Below, in pieces: positions 20,571 through 31,090 of a DNA stretch of 64,000 nucleotides (within the stretch, counting starts at the first letter, position 1; the number at the start of each line of letters is the position of its first letter). The position numbers and the translations under genes are program-made. The notes beneath the pieces were generated by a model. That model made no database searches. It saw nothing but the letters and a program-made list of their open reading frames with translations, and was not told the DNA's origin. This DNA comes from Candidatus Jorgensenbacteria bacterium. Its GTDB lineage: Bacteria; Patescibacteriota; Minisyncoccia; UBA6257; GWB1-50-10. Location of the stretch: contig JAZDFV010000002.1 in the NCBI GenBank assembly GCA_043807585.1, positions 25,581 to 89,580 on the forward strand. Direction: 5' to 3'.

Positions 20571-21152
20571 TTAGAGGTGGAAATGGTGTTTTAACTTCTC
20601 CGCACCTTCGAAATTGCCGACCTCTAAAATGAGAACATTATTCCGATCAATCTCAAAAACACTGCAGATAAAATCTATTTCATTCTCACACTCATAAGGG
20701 GTAATAAACACGCTCTTTTGGAGCGGATAAAATCCCAAATCTTTTACTTTAGCTCGTAATGCATTTCTCGCATTCTTTTGGTAGTCGGGTATATCGAATG
20801 TGACAAGTCGCCATTTCCCGTCCCATGACCGCTCTTCCAATTTCATTTGGTCGAGATCGTAGGTGAGTATCTTATTCTTTCCCAGTTTGGTGAGCGTGAT
20901 TTTTATCTTTCCGTCCGGCAATTGAACATAGTCAATGAGTTCCCTGTCCTGGAGCCTTTTGAGGTCCTGAAGAAACCTTTCTTTCCGTATTTTCTTGTTC
21001 TTGAGATATTGTTTTATCAGTTTCCTTACTATAAGTGCGCCGCTTGTCGGTGAAATGGTGCCGATGAGGAGAACGCCGCCGGCCGCGAGAACGGTTTTTA
21101 GAACGTGATAGGGTTTGGAATTTTTCCTCATCTTTGCGACCATAGCTTTCAT
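20571..21152 (-). CDS. PaaX-like regulator (wHTH plus Cas2-like ferredoxin domain), CPR type
   Basis: WDGKWRLVTFDIP...LGFYPLQKSVF. Confidence 0.85.
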   Translation of the reverse strand: MKAMVAKMRKNSKPYHVLKTVLAAGGVLLIGTISPTSGALIVRKLIKQYLKNKKIRKERFLQDLKRLQDRELIDYVQLPDGKIKITLTKLGKNKILTYDLDQMKLEERSWDGKWRLVTFDIPDYQKNARNALRAKVKDLGFYPLQKSVFITPYECENEIDFICSVFEIDRNNVLILEVGNFEGAEKLKHHFHL

Positions 21153-21257
21153 TATATCACATTAACTCTCGGTCGCGATTTAATGTGATACAACAGGATT
21201 TGAAGAGGGGTTGAGGAACCGGTGAGGTTTGCGCTACAATGACGTTTGTGCGAACAA

Positions 21258-21342
21258 GGAGGGGTGCGCGAGTGGTTTAAACGGCAGTCCTGGAAAGACT
21301 GTGTACCGCAAGGTACCGCGAGTTCGAATCTCGCCCCCTCCG
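21258..21342 (+). tRNA. tRNA-Ser(GGA)
   Basis: GGAGGGG/CCCCTCC acceptor, CAGTC-CTGGAAA-GACTG, long variable arm, GTTCGAATC. Confidence 0.95.
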
Positions 21343-21465
21343 CTTTGTGCGGGAGAAAGCGAAAAAAGTTGTAGGAGAATCCCTCCCCCTCCGCTACAAC
21401 AATGCAGTGCCTCTTTGCGTGGCGCCGCGCTGGCGCTATGATAGAGAGGATTTTCTGAATCACGC

Positions 21466-21813
21466 ATGCCCCATAAATTTCTCCATTGGGCGCCGCGCAT
21501 CCTCTCCATCCTTTTTGTCGCGTTCCTTTCTCTCTTTGCGCTGGATACCTTTGACACATATTCGGGGTGGGCTGCCGTTCTGCCTCTCCTTATGCACCTT
21601 ATTCCATCCTTCGTTTTGCTTGTGGTAATCATCATTGCCTGGAAATACGATTTGGTTGGCGCCATTCTTTTTCTCGTTTTCGCCGCGCTTTATGTGGGTA
21701 TGGCAGGATTGGACCGTCCCTGGAGTTGGTACTTGTTAATATCGGGTCCGGCTGCCCTCGTCGGCATTTTCTTCCTTTTGAACTGGTTTTATAAAAGAAA
21801 GAACCAACCGTGA
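21466..21813 (+). CDS. Hypothetical four-TM membrane protein
   Basis: WAPRILSILFVAFLSLFALD; four hydrophobic segments. Confidence 0.85.
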   Translation: MPHKFLHWAPRILSILFVAFLSLFALDTFDTYSGWAAVLPLLMHLIPSFVLLVVIIIAWKYDLVGAILFLVFAALYVGMAGLDRPWSWYLLISGPAALVGIFFLLNWFYKRKNQP

Positions 21814-21882
21814 ATTTGCCGCCAAAGAAAAATAGTATAATCCTTAAAGGTCGATGTACTTCATTAACCTCATTATAAAAAT

Positions 21883-22041
21883 ATGGTAAAAGGAAACTTT
21901 CTTGGTGCCGCGATTGTTGCAATAATCTACACGATCTATATTTTAATGAACCCCCTTCCAACAAAATGGCAGATGGTGCTAGCGTTGGTGGTTCTTAATG
22001 CTTTGACTATCGTGTTGATGGCTTTTGCATTCAAAGAGTAA
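21883..22041 (+). CDS. Small two-TM membrane protein (52 aa, not in ORF track)
   Basis: MVKGNFLGAAIVAIIYTIYILMNPLPTKWQMVLALVVLNALTIVLMAFAFKE*. Confidence 0.6.
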   Translation: MVKGNFLGAAIVAIIYTIYILMNPLPTKWQMVLALVVLNALTIVLMAFAFKE

Positions 22042-22152
22042 AAAAGAGTAATAAGAATTTACCGCCAAAGAAAAACTTGACCCATTCGATAAACTCAGGG
22101 TCAATGCTGAGCAAAGTTGAAGCATTGAAATCAATAAGTAATTTATAGCAAT

Positions 22153-22302
22153 ATGCGAAATATGCGGAAAAATTGGCCCTTGGGATTTTTAGGGTTCCTA
22201 TTTTTGCTCGGTATCCCGGGAATATTAACTCAAGATTGGCTTGATGTGGTCTGGCTCGTATGGGTTGTTTGGTTTATTTATTTTATTCCGGAGAAAAAAT
22301 AA
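22153..22302 (+). CDS. Small Trp-rich membrane protein (49 aa, not in ORF track)
   Basis: [49 protein letters not shown]; ends 5 nt before the FKBP start. Confidence 0.6.
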   Translation: MRNMRKNWPLGFLGFLFLLGIPGILTQDWLDVVWLVWVVWFIYFIPEKK

Positions 22303-22307
22303 TTAGC

Positions 22308-22766
22308 ATGGACAACAAAACAATCATTCTCGCGGTTGTTGCGGTTGTGGTTATCGTCGGTGTATATTTTCTCTTTGGGAACAATAATAAAAATATGACA
22401 CAAGATAACTCACTTCAGGCAAGCGAATTCACATTACTGGACGGATTGAAGATAAACGACCTCGTGGTAGGTGCCGGCGCCGAGGCGAAAGTTGGGCAAA
22501 CGGTTACCGTGAACTACGTGGGTACCCTCGTGGACGGCACAAAGTTTGACAGCTCCTACGACCGCGGCCAGCCGTTCTCGTTCTCCTTGGGCGCGGGGCA
22601 GGTCATTAAGGGATGGGATGAGGGTGTGGCTGGGATGAAGGTGGGCGGCAAGCGGCAACTCACCATTCCGCCGGAACTTGGATACGGGAGCGCGGGTGCC
22701 GGAGGTGGCCTAATCCCCCAGAACGCCACTTTAATTTTTGAGGTGGAGCTTTTGGGGGTTCAGTAA
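22308..22766 (+). CDS. FKBP-type peptidyl-prolyl isomerase
   Basis: [34 protein letters not shown]. Confidence 0.97.
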   Translation: MDNKTIILAVVAVVVIVGVYFLFGNNNKNMTQDNSLQASEFTLLDGLKINDLVVGAGAEAKVGQTVTVNYVGTLVDGTKFDSSYDRGQPFSFSLGAGQVIKGWDEGVAGMKVGGKRQLTIPPELGYGSAGAGGGLIPQNATLIFEVELLGVQ

Positions 22767-22789
22767 GTTTGGTAAAACACGGCAATCCT

Positions 22790-23032
22790 ATGGAACATAA
22801 AGATTTTGATTACACAAATAGCCGGGGAGAAAAAGAGCACATTTCTTTTCCGCCTGAGGATATTGATGAGCAAGTGCAAGAACAGCGAAAGAAGGAATTT
22901 GAACTTGCAGAAAAATTATTACAGGGCCCAGAACCTGACACGACAGAAGAAGGCAAGGAAAAGAAAGGTGAGGAGTTGGTAGAAAAACCCCCAGAAAAGG
23001 AAGTGCCCTTTCCGTGGCAAAAAGCGGCGTAA
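22790..23032 (+). CDS. Hypothetical acidic protein
   Basis: Glu/Lys-rich ORF in an operon-like position. Confidence 0.65.
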   Translation: MEHKDFDYTNSRGEKEHISFPPEDIDEQVQEQRKKEFELAEKLLQGPEPDTTEEGKEKKGEELVEKPPEKEVPFPWQKAA

Positions 23033-23059
23033 TGGGTGTGGAAATAAAATATCCAACCT

Positions 23060-23707
23060 ATGAAATTGCACAGAAGTGAGATAGTGGCGTTTGTGATGAT
23101 ACTCCTCTCGTTCGTGGTCGGGTGGTATTTCTATCCGATGTTGCCGGAGCGGGTGGCTTCGCACTGGAACGCGCAAGGAGATGTGAATGGCACTATGCCG
23201 CGGTTCTGGGGCGCGTTCCTCATGCCGCTCATTGTGCTCATAATTCTCGCGATTTTTATGGTCGTTCCGCGGATAGACCCTAAGCGCGAGAACATAGAGA
23301 AATTCAGGAAGTATCTTGACGCGTTCATTATCGTCATTTCTCTCTTCTTCATCTATGTATACGGACTCACGCTTGCATTGAATCTTGGGTACCACTTTTC
23401 CCTCATCCCGCATCTCCTGCCGGCGCTCGCCGTTCTCCTCTATTCCGCGGGTCTCCTCATTTCTAAATCTGAACAGAACTGGACCATCGGCATCCGGACG
23501 CCGTGGGCGCTCTCGAGCGAGACGGTGTGGCGGAAGACGCACAAATTGGGAGGGATGTTGTTCAAGATCGCGGCGGTCGTCGTACTCGTAGGCACGGCGT
23601 TTCCCGGTGCGGAGCTGTGGTTCATACTTTTCCCAATTCTCATGGCCGCGCTCGTGCCTACGGTGTATTCATACTTCTGGTATCGCGACGAAAAGCGGCA
23701 GAACTGA
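23060..23707 (+). CDS. SdpI/DUF1648 family membrane protein
   Basis: LPERVASHWN, NWTIGIRTPWAL, VWRKTH. Confidence 0.92.
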   Translation: MKLHRSEIVAFVMILLSFVVGWYFYPMLPERVASHWNAQGDVNGTMPRFWGAFLMPLIVLIILAIFMVVPRIDPKRENIEKFRKYLDAFIIVISLFFIYVYGLTLALNLGYHFSLIPHLLPALAVLLYSAGLLISKSEQNWTIGIRTPWALSSETVWRKTHKLGGMLFKIAAVVVLVGTAFPGAELWFILFPILMAALVPTVYSYFWYRDEKRQN

Positions 23708-23713
23708 TTTTCT

Positions 23714-24349
23714 ATGACTCTTACCAAGTTTGGCCATTGTTGCATGCTTATAGAAGAGCAGGGACTTCGGATTTTAACTGACCCTGGGAATTATACGACC
23801 GCGCAGAATGAGGTGAAGAATATTGATGTGGTGCTTATCACCCACGAGCATGCGGATCACCTTCACATCGAGTCGCTGAAAGAGGTGCTTGCGAATAATC
23901 CACAGGCGAAGGTAATTACAAACCGTGGCGTGGGTGCCATTCTCGATAAGGAGGGAATACCCTACACCGTGGTTGATGATGGAAAACGAACCACCGAGAA
24001 GGGCGTGCTTATTGAAGGTTTAGGGAAAGACCACGCGGAAATCTACAAGACGTGGAAGACGGTGGAGAATACTTCCTACTTCATTGGGCCACGATTATTT
24101 TACCCCGGCGATGCGTTCTATAATCCCCACCGCGCCGTGGAAATTCTCGCCCTGCCGGTCGCGGGTCCGTGGTGTAAGATCTCGGAATGCGTGGACTACG
24201 GGCTACTCGTAAAACCGAAGAAATGTTTTCCGGTCCACGACGGCAACCTTAATGTGTACGGCACCTACCATCGGATCCCGGCGACGGTACTCGCCGAGAA
24301 CGGCATCGAGTTTTTCGTGCCCGAGCTTGGGAAAGCACTCGAGTTATGA
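23714..24349 (+). CDS. Metallo-beta-lactamase-fold hydrolase
   Basis: THEHADH, PGD, PVHD. Confidence 0.92.
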   Translation: MTLTKFGHCCMLIEEQGLRILTDPGNYTTAQNEVKNIDVVLITHEHADHLHIESLKEVLANNPQAKVITNRGVGAILDKEGIPYTVVDDGKRTTEKGVLIEGLGKDHAEIYKTWKTVENTSYFIGPRLFYPGDAFYNPHRAVEILALPVAGPWCKISECVDYGLLVKPKKCFPVHDGNLNVYGTYHRIPATVLAENGIEFFVPELGKALEL

Positions 24350-24930
24350 AGAAACGCGTTTTCGTCGTCCACGGGTGGGACGGACACCCTGGGGAAGGGT
24401 GGTTCCCATGGCTGAAGCGCGAGCTCGAGGCGCGCGGATTCGAGGTCCATGTGCCGCAATTGCCCGACGCTTCGCTTCCGCGCATTGAAAAATGGGTTCC
24501 CGTGCTCGCACAAGCGGTGGGTGTAGCCGATGAGCAGACATATTTTGTGGGGCACAGTATGGGAGTTCAAACCATCGCGCGATACCTCGAATCTCTCCCC
24601 GTGGAGGTGAGGGTAGGCGGTGCTGTGTTCGTGGCAGGATTTTTTAAACATCTTTCAGGGTTGGAAGACGACCCCGATGTTCGAGAAACCGATCGTTTGT
24701 GGCTTGGTGCTCCTATTGACCTTGCGAAAGTGAGTTCTCATTTTCCCGCAAGCGTCGCGATTTTTTCTGATGACGACCCCTACGTGCCGCTCGATAATCA
24801 GGATGATTTCCGCGACAAGCTCGGCTCAAAGATCGTGGTGCTTCACGCCCGCAGCCACTTCAGCGGCTCTACAGGGGCCACCGAGCTTCCCGAGGCCCGC
24901 GACGCGGTTCTTGAGATGGCGGGGGAGTGA
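24346..24930 (+). CDS. RBBP9/YdeN alpha/beta hydrolase
   Basis: VHGW, WFPWL, GHSMG, SDDDPYV, HF. Confidence 0.93.
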   Translation: MKKRVFVVHGWDGHPGEGWFPWLKRELEARGFEVHVPQLPDASLPRIEKWVPVLAQAVGVADEQTYFVGHSMGVQTIARYLESLPVEVRVGGAVFVAGFFKHLSGLEDDPDVRETDRLWLGAPIDLAKVSSHFPASVAIFSDDDPYVPLDNQDDFRDKLGSKIVVLHARSHFSGSTGATELPEARDAVLEMAGE

Positions 24931-25009
24931 TTTTGACTTCCCGGGCCTTTCGGGGGTATGGTGAGGGCAGATTCACTTTTACTTTTTCTAGGAAAGGAGG
25001 ATAGGAACT

Positions 25010-25378
25010 ATGGAGCGGAATGATAGTGATTGCCGGTGGTTTATCCAACCGCGCACGTCGGACGTGAATGCGAACGTTGCCGAATTTTTGAGCCGCCACG
25101 GCGTTACCCTCGAGGAGGGCTTCGGCACTGCGGAGGGGGCGTGCGACAAGCGAGCCATCCCGCGGAGTGCGTATGAATTCCCGGGAGTGCTTTTGAGCAT
25201 CATCCTCGATCACGTGTGGGGTGACTCCAACTTCAAGGTGCGCATCTTCCGCCAGCGGCCGAACGAGCCGCTCGAGGAGTGTGCGTTCCTTCTGAAGCGC
25301 ACGAGGCAAAAGGTTAACCTGGTGAGCTTGGGAGGCAAAGCGTTTGCGGAGCGAGCGGCGGCGATGCAGCGGGAGTGA
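25010..25378 (+). CDS. Hypothetical protein
   Basis: 122-aa ORF with AGGAGG SD upstream. Confidence 0.7.
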   Translation: MERNDSDCRWFIQPRTSDVNANVAEFLSRHGVTLEEGFGTAEGACDKRAIPRSAYEFPGVLLSIILDHVWGDSNFKVRIFRQRPNEPLEECAFLLKRTRQKVNLVSLGGKAFAERAAAMQRE

Positions 25379-25445
25379 ACGATAAGACAAGAACGAGGGG
25401 CACCAAAACGGTGCCCCTTGTGCTTTTTTGTTCGGGAGGGGTACA

Positions 25446-25513
25446 CCCCGTTAGAGACAAGCCGCCCCTTGGCGGCTGTAGCCCCGCCTTTGGCATGGCG
25501 GTCTCTAACGGGG
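25446..25513. mobile_element. CCCCGTTAG-family MITE with TACA target duplication, just upstream of dnaG
   Basis: TACA-CCCCGTTAGAGAC..GTCTCTAACGGGG-TACA. Confidence 0.8.
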
Positions 25514-25529
25514 TACACTGGGAAGTGCC

Positions 25530-27281
25530 ATGGCCACTTCCACCGACGTTGACCGCATCAAGGAAAAACTGAATATCGTTGATTTCATCCGCGGTTACCT
25601 CACCCTCCTGCCGGCGGGGAAGAATTTCAAGGCGCTCTGTCCGTTCCACCCCGAGAAGACCCCCTCGTTCATCGTCTCGCCGGACCGGCAGCGGTTCCAC
25701 TGCTTCGGGTGCGCCGCGGACGGGGACCTCGTCACGTTCCTCATGCGTTACGAGAATCTGGAGTTCCCGGAGGCGCTCCGCGTCCTCGCCGAGAAGGCCG
25801 GCGTTCCGCTCCAGACGCTCTCGCCGCGGGAGCAGCGCGAGTTCGGGGTGCTCTACGACATCCACGAGAAGGCGAAGGAATTTTTTCAACAGACGCTCCG
25901 CGAGCACGGGGCGGCGCAGGCGTATCTCAAAAACCGTGGCTTGAAGGGAGAAACCGCGGCGGCGTTCGAGCTGGGATTCGCGCCTGGCGGTGAATCGCTC
26001 ACCGTGCACCTCATCAACCAGGGGTTTGACGTGGGCGATATCGTGCGCGCGGGGCTCTCGCACAAGAACACCGCGGGGCTCTACCGCGACCGGTTCATTA
26101 ATCGCATCATCTTTCCCATCATGAATAGTGTGGGGAAGACAGTGGCGTTCACGGGGCGGTTATTGCCGTTGTCCTCCGAAGCTTTAGCGAAGGATGGAGA
26201 GGGTGCTGCGGGGGAGGGTACGGACGCGCCAAAGTATTTAAATAGTCCCGAGACGCCAATTTTCAACAAATCAAAGATCCTCTATGGGTTCCACCTGACC
26301 AAGAACGACATCGCGAAGGCGCGGAATGCCCTCTTCGTAGAGGGGCAGATGGATCTCTTGATGGCGTGGCAGGCCGGTGTGAAGAACGTGGTCGCGGTCT
26401 CGGGCACGGCGCTTACCCCGTTCCATTTGGAGAAGCTCCGGCGGCTCGCCGAAACGATGATCTTGAGCTTTGACAGCGACGAGGCGGGCATACATGCGCT
26501 TGAGCGGAGTTTGGACCTTTTGAACAACTTTGATTTTCACGTGAAGGTGGTGGATTTGGGCGGGTTCAAGGACCCGGCCGAGGCGGCGGAGAAGGATCCG
26601 GGGTTCCTCGCGGGCGCGGTGGCCTCCGCCACGTCGGCATTCTCGCACCTCTTTGCACATTACTTTCCGCGCGACAATGCGGGAGCCCGCGAGCTCACGG
26701 AGACGAAGCGCATCGTCCGGAATATTTTGCAGAGGATAAGGCGCTTGAAGAGCGCCACCGAGCAAACCGCATGGATCAAGGACCTCGCAAAATACTCCGG
26801 AATCTCGGAGGTGATGCTTCTCCAGGAACTCTCGTCGCTCCCCGCGCCATCTGCCGGGAGCACGGGCGCACCCGAGGAAGCTGTCGGCGAAAAACCGAAA
26901 CTCACGGACCGCGCTGACGTTCTCGCGGAGCGCCTCCTCGGGCTCGCCTTTACAAACGGCGATTTTTTGGCTACACTGCGGGAAAAGGGGTCGTGGTTAC
27001 CGGCACGCTACCAGACGGTGCTCGGCGAACCCGATGGAGAAGCGGGAGCCGCGTTGCAGATGCAGGCGAGTTATCTCTCGGCCCAGCTTTCCCCCGACCG
27101 TATTGCAAAGGAGTTCAGCGATCTGATCCGCCAGCTCGAGATCTCGGTGCTCGAGCGGGAACAGCGGGAACTCAAAGGAACCATTCAGAAGGCGGAGGGA
27201 GCCGGTGACGAAAAAACGCTTACCCGCGCCGCAGAACGTTTTCATTCACTTGCGAAGAGGATCGACGAATTGAAGCTGTAG
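25530..27281 (+). CDS. dnaG: DNA primase
   Basis: CPFH...CFGC zinc finger, [19 protein letters not shown]. Confidence 0.98.
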   Translation: MATSTDVDRIKEKLNIVDFIRGYLTLLPAGKNFKALCPFHPEKTPSFIVSPDRQRFHCFGCAADGDLVTFLMRYENLEFPEALRVLAEKAGVPLQTLSPREQREFGVLYDIHEKAKEFFQQTLREHGAAQAYLKNRGLKGETAAAFELGFAPGGESLTVHLINQGFDVGDIVRAGLSHKNTAGLYRDRFINRIIFPIMNSVGKTVAFTGRLLPLSSEALAKDGEGAAGEGTDAPKYLNSPETPIFNKSKILYGFHLTKNDIAKARNALFVEGQMDLLMAWQAGVKNVVAVSGTALTPFHLEKLRRLAETMILSFDSDEAGIHALERSLDLLNNFDFHVKVVDLGGFKDPAEAAEKDPGFLAGAVASATSAFSHLFAHYFPRDNAGARELTETKRIVRNILQRIRRLKSATEQTAWIKDLAKYSGISEVMLLQELSSLPAPSAGSTGAPEEAVGEKPKLTDRADVLAERLLGLAFTNGDFLATLREKGSWLPARYQTVLGEPDGEAGAALQMQASYLSAQLSPDRIAKEFSDLIRQLEISVLEREQRELKGTIQKAEGAGDEKTLTRAAERFHSLAKRIDELKL

Positions 27282-27327
27282 TGCCCGCATCCTTCCCGGG
27301 TTGCGCCGTGTCCCAACTCCAACCTAC

Positions 27328-28596
27328 ATGAAAAAGAAATCACAAAAGAAGGGCCGCTTGCCTCCTGCCAGCGCAGGCGGGGAGCAGGCAGGCCTCCGCG
27401 GAAAAGCGAAGCGGCGGTTTCGCATTTCCAAGCGGCGCCCCGCGAAGGGGAAGGCGAAGGGAAAAACGAAGGCCGCGCGGAAAGCCGCGCCGAAACAGAA
27501 AGCCATTCCGCCGGAGCTCCTTGAGGAGTACCGGAAGTCCCTCGCGGAACTCGTACACCGGGGGCGCGGGCGCGGTTTTGTGACGGATGCGGAGGTTCTG
27601 AACTACTTCCCCAATATTGAGCGCAATCTCGGGTTCCTGGAGGAGGTCTATGCGCGTTTGGAGAAGGATGGGATCAAAGTGCAGGAGCCGAGCCCGCTCG
27701 GCGGCAAATCAACCCGGGACGAGGTGACGGCGGAGGAGCTCCGAAACGCCACGCGCGTTGAGGGCGACCTCCCCGACGCCGTGCAGATGTACCTGAAGGA
27801 GATCGGGAGGACCGCGCTCCTCACCTCCAAGGAGGAAAAAGAGCTCGCGCGGCGCATTGAGGAGGGAGACGAATCGGCGCGCCAGAAACTTATCCAGGCG
27901 AATCTCCGGCTTGTGGTCTCCATAGCCAAGCGCTACGTGAACCGCTCGCCGCACCTCTCAATTTTAGACCTCATCCAGGAGGGGAACATCGGCCTTTCGC
28001 GCGCCGTCGACAAATTTGACTACCACAAGGGATTCAAGTTCTCCACCTACGCCACGTGGTGGATCCGCCAGGCGGTGACGCGGGCGTTGGCCGACTACTC
28101 CCGCACCATCCGCATCCCGGTCCACATGGTGGAGACCATCACGAAATACATGCAGACGAAGCGGCGCCTCATGCAGGAGCTTGGCCGCGAGCCGCTCCCC
28201 GATGAGATTGCCGTGGAGCTTGGCGTGGACGTGGAGAAGGTCCACTACATCCAGAAGATATCGCAGGAGGTGATCTCACTCGAAACTCCCATCGGCGGCG
28301 ACGACGAGGACTCGGTGCTCTCCGATTTCATCAAGGATGAGCAGAGCTTGAGCCCGGACCAGCTCGCGAGCGCGGCGCTCCTCCGCGACCAGATCAAGGA
28401 GATTCTCATAGACCTGAACGAGCGCGAGCGGAAGATCCTCTCCATGCGGTTCGGCCTGGAGGACAACATCCCACACACCCTGGAAGAGGTGGGGAAGATC
28501 TTCGGGGTCACCCGAGAGCGCATCCGGCAGATAGAGGCGAAGGCGTTGGATAAAATCCGCGGCCACGCGAAAGTGAAAAAGTTGGAGGGGTACTAA
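27328..28596 (+). CDS. rpoD: Primary sigma factor (sigma70)
   Basis: [34 protein letters not shown]. Confidence 0.98.
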   Translation: MKKKSQKKGRLPPASAGGEQAGLRGKAKRRFRISKRRPAKGKAKGKTKAARKAAPKQKAIPPELLEEYRKSLAELVHRGRGRGFVTDAEVLNYFPNIERNLGFLEEVYARLEKDGIKVQEPSPLGGKSTRDEVTAEELRNATRVEGDLPDAVQMYLKEIGRTALLTSKEEKELARRIEEGDESARQKLIQANLRLVVSIAKRYVNRSPHLSILDLIQEGNIGLSRAVDKFDYHKGFKFSTYATWWIRQAVTRALADYSRTIRIPVHMVETITKYMQTKRRLMQELGREPLPDEIAVELGVDVEKVHYIQKISQEVISLETPIGGDDEDSVLSDFIKDEQSLSPDQLASAALLRDQIKEILIDLNERERKILSMRFGLEDNIPHTLEEVGKIFGVTRERIRQIEAKALDKIRGHAKVKKLEGY

Positions 28597-28734
28597 CTTT
28601 TCTGTTTCATTTTGATGAACCGCGGTTCGCTTGCTCCGGCGGCAAGCGACCGCTACGCTCTCGCCGCGACGTCCGCCTTGGGCGGAACCAAGCCGTCGCG
28701 GCTCCGAGAGTTTCCTTAAAATGAAACAGAAAAG
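28597..28734. mobile_element. MITE-like element with perfect 17-bp terminal inverted repeats
   Basis: CTTTTCTGTTTCATTTT (28597-613) / AAAATGAAACAGAAAAG (28718-734) with a GC-rich palindromic interior. Confidence 0.65.
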
Positions 28735-28874
28735 CTTTTACGGGGTGAGATTGTGTGGGAAACCCTGTTTTGTGAGGCACCACGTCTGTCCTGTCTCCGA
28801 GACATTTTTCTTAAAGGCAAAGTTCCGCCTTTGGAGCTGAATCAAAAGGCGTGCTACAATCAGAAATGTTCACC

Positions 28875-30629
28875 ATGACTTCGCAGGAAATTCGCAAGGC
28901 ATTCCTGAATTTTTTTACAGAGCGTGGGCACACCGTGGTGCCCTCCGCCTCGCTCGTACCCGACGACCCCTCGGTGCTCTTCACGACCGCGGGGATGCAG
29001 CAGTTCAAGCGGTACTACGCCGAACTTGACCCCACAAAGACGGCGCACCCCTCCTTGGGGAAGCCCGTCGGGAAGAACGCCGTCTCGATTCAGAAATGTT
29101 TCCGTACCTCCGACATTGACGAGGTTGGGGACTCCTCGCACCTTACGTTTTTCGAGATGCTCGGAAACTTCTCCTTCGGCGGCTACTTCAAGGAGAAAGC
29201 CATTCACTATGGCCATGAGTTCATCACGGAGGTGATGAAACTTCCCATCGACAAGGTGAGCGTGTTTGAAGGTGACCGTGAGGTTCCGGCCGACGGCGAA
29301 TCCGAGAAAATTTGGCGTTCGCTCGGCGTCACGAACATTGAGAAAGCGGGACGCGAAGATAATTTTTGGGGTCCCACGGGCACCGAAGGCCCCTGCGGCC
29401 CCACGTCCGAGGTCTATGTGAACACTGCCCTTCGACAAGCTCAGGGCAAACCTCCTTTGGAGGTTTGGAATCTCGTTTTCAACGAGTTTTACTCCGACAA
29501 GAGCAAAAAGCTCACAAAGCTCAAAGCTCCGGGTGTTGATACGGGGATGGGGCTCGAGCGCCTCACGATGGTGTCGCAGGGCGTTCACACAATTTTCGAA
29601 ACAGATCTCTTTACGCCACTTATGCGGCTCCTCCCTGCGGGGATGGAGACAAGGACAAAGCGCATTCTCGCCGACCACGTGCGCGGCATCGCCTTCCTCA
29701 TCTCGGACGGTTTCCGCCCGTCGAACAAGGACGCTGGCTACGTGCTCCGCCGTCTCATTCGCCGCGTCGTGACCCACATCCACCTCGCGGGCGATCCAGT
29801 CGACCCCGCGCATCTTTTCGCGGAGGTGAACGAGCATTACGAAAAATTCTATCCGGAACTGAATGCCGAGGCGGTGCTCGAGGTGTTCGGCGAGGAGCGG
29901 GAGCGGTTCACGAAAACGCTCGAGAACGGTCTCCGTGAGCTCAAGAAGATCCCAAAGCTCGACGCGAAGTCGGCATTCACCCTCTACGAGAGCTACGGTC
30001 TCCCCTATGAGGTGGTGAAGGAATTGGGCGGTGCGCAGGCGCGGGACCTGCGGCGTGAGGATTTTGACCGCGAGTTCTCGCGCCATCAGGAAATTTCGCG
30101 CGCGGGCGCGGAGAAGAAGTTCGGGGGTCACGGACTCGTCTTGAACACAGGCGAGCTCAAAGCGGGGAGCGAGGAAGAACTCCAGCGGGTCACGCGTCTC
30201 CACACGGCGACCCACCTCCTCCAGCGCGCGCTCCGCGAGGTGCTGGGCGCGGAAGTGGAGCAGCGCGGGTCCGACATCACGCCCGAGCGCACTCGGTTCG
30301 ACCTTTCGTTTCCCCGAAAGATTGAGAAGGAAGAGATTTGGCGTGTGGAGGAGATAGTGAATGAAAAGATCAAAGAGGACCTCCCTGTGGGGTTCGTTGA
30401 ACTCCCCAAGGAGGAAGCGGTGAAGACCGGCGCGCTCTTTTTCTTCCGCGAGAAGTACCCTGATCGCGTGAAGGTATATTACGTGGGATGCTCGCTCGAT
30501 GGTGCGTGGAGTAAGGAGTTCTGCGGCGGGCCCCACGTTGCGCGCACGGGGGAGATCGGTCACTTCAGGATCATCAAAGAGGAAGCGGTCGGCGCCGGCG
30601 TCCGCCGCATCCGCGCGACAGTGATTTAA
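28875..30629 (+). CDS. alaS: Alanyl-tRNA synthetase (short form lacking the C-Ala domain)
   Basis: LFTTAGMQ, HLTFFEMLGN, DTGMGLER, HTATHLL, CGGPHV. Confidence 0.98.
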   Translation: MTSQEIRKAFLNFFTERGHTVVPSASLVPDDPSVLFTTAGMQQFKRYYAELDPTKTAHPSLGKPVGKNAVSIQKCFRTSDIDEVGDSSHLTFFEMLGNFSFGGYFKEKAIHYGHEFITEVMKLPIDKVSVFEGDREVPADGESEKIWRSLGVTNIEKAGREDNFWGPTGTEGPCGPTSEVYVNTALRQAQGKPPLEVWNLVFNEFYSDKSKKLTKLKAPGVDTGMGLERLTMVSQGVHTIFETDLFTPLMRLLPAGMETRTKRILADHVRGIAFLISDGFRPSNKDAGYVLRRLIRRVVTHIHLAGDPVDPAHLFAEVNEHYEKFYPELNAEAVLEVFGEERERFTKTLENGLRELKKIPKLDAKSAFTLYESYGLPYEVVKELGGAQARDLRREDFDREFSRHQEISRAGAEKKFGGHGLVLNTGELKAGSEEELQRVTRLHTATHLLQRALREVLGAEVEQRGSDITPERTRFDLSFPRKIEKEEIWRVEEIVNEKIKEDLPVGFVELPKEEAVKTGALFFFREKYPDRVKVYYVGCSLDGAWSKEFCGGPHVARTGEIGHFRIIKEEAVGAGVRRIRATVI

Positions 30630-30733
30630 CGGCGAATAGCAAGGAGCAGACAATGAACATTGGAACTAAAGTAAAAGATTGGAAGGGTGGGTACTACACG
30701 ATAGCGTAGTACCCTGCCATCAGAACAAAAACC

Positions 30734-30948
30734 GTGACCGAACCACAAACCAAGGTTTGCCAAAATTGTCCCGATTTTGTATGAGCAAAGCGAATGGACA
30801 AAATCGAGTCCCGATTTGTCCTGCGCGAAGTGCAGATGACAAATCGAGGATTCTCGATACAATCGGAAGATCCCGCGCAGCGGGATAAAGAATTATGAAC
30901 AAAGAGATCATCTACTGTGAGCAGTGCTATCAAAGCGAGGTGACTTAA
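30734..30948 (+). pseudogene. Collapsed paralog of the downstream Cys-rich gene (N and C termini only)
   Basis: VTEPQTKVCQNC-[palindromes 30770-30886]-...KEIIYCEQCYQSEVT* mirrors ETIVCQNC...KEIVYCESCYNTEVV*. Confidence 0.75.
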
Positions 30949-31090
30949 ATAAAACGCTATGACATGTCATAGCGCCATACCATGGTTATAGCACCGAGAG
31001 AATCTAAGAAAAGTTAGGATATGACACAAGAGACCAGAACCTACCAGAACTGTCCCGCTACGCGGGATCTCGCGAAGCGAGACAAACACT

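Noticed and set aside
20571-21152. Cas2 / CRISPR-Cas locus
   Set aside because: The Cas2-like fold is part of a PaaX-like protein; no cas1 or array nearby
28860-30653. Long antisense ORFs (597 aa here; also 33505-34731, 43280-44674, 53128-54129)
   Set aside because: Shadow frames of GC-rich sense genes with no recognisable motifs
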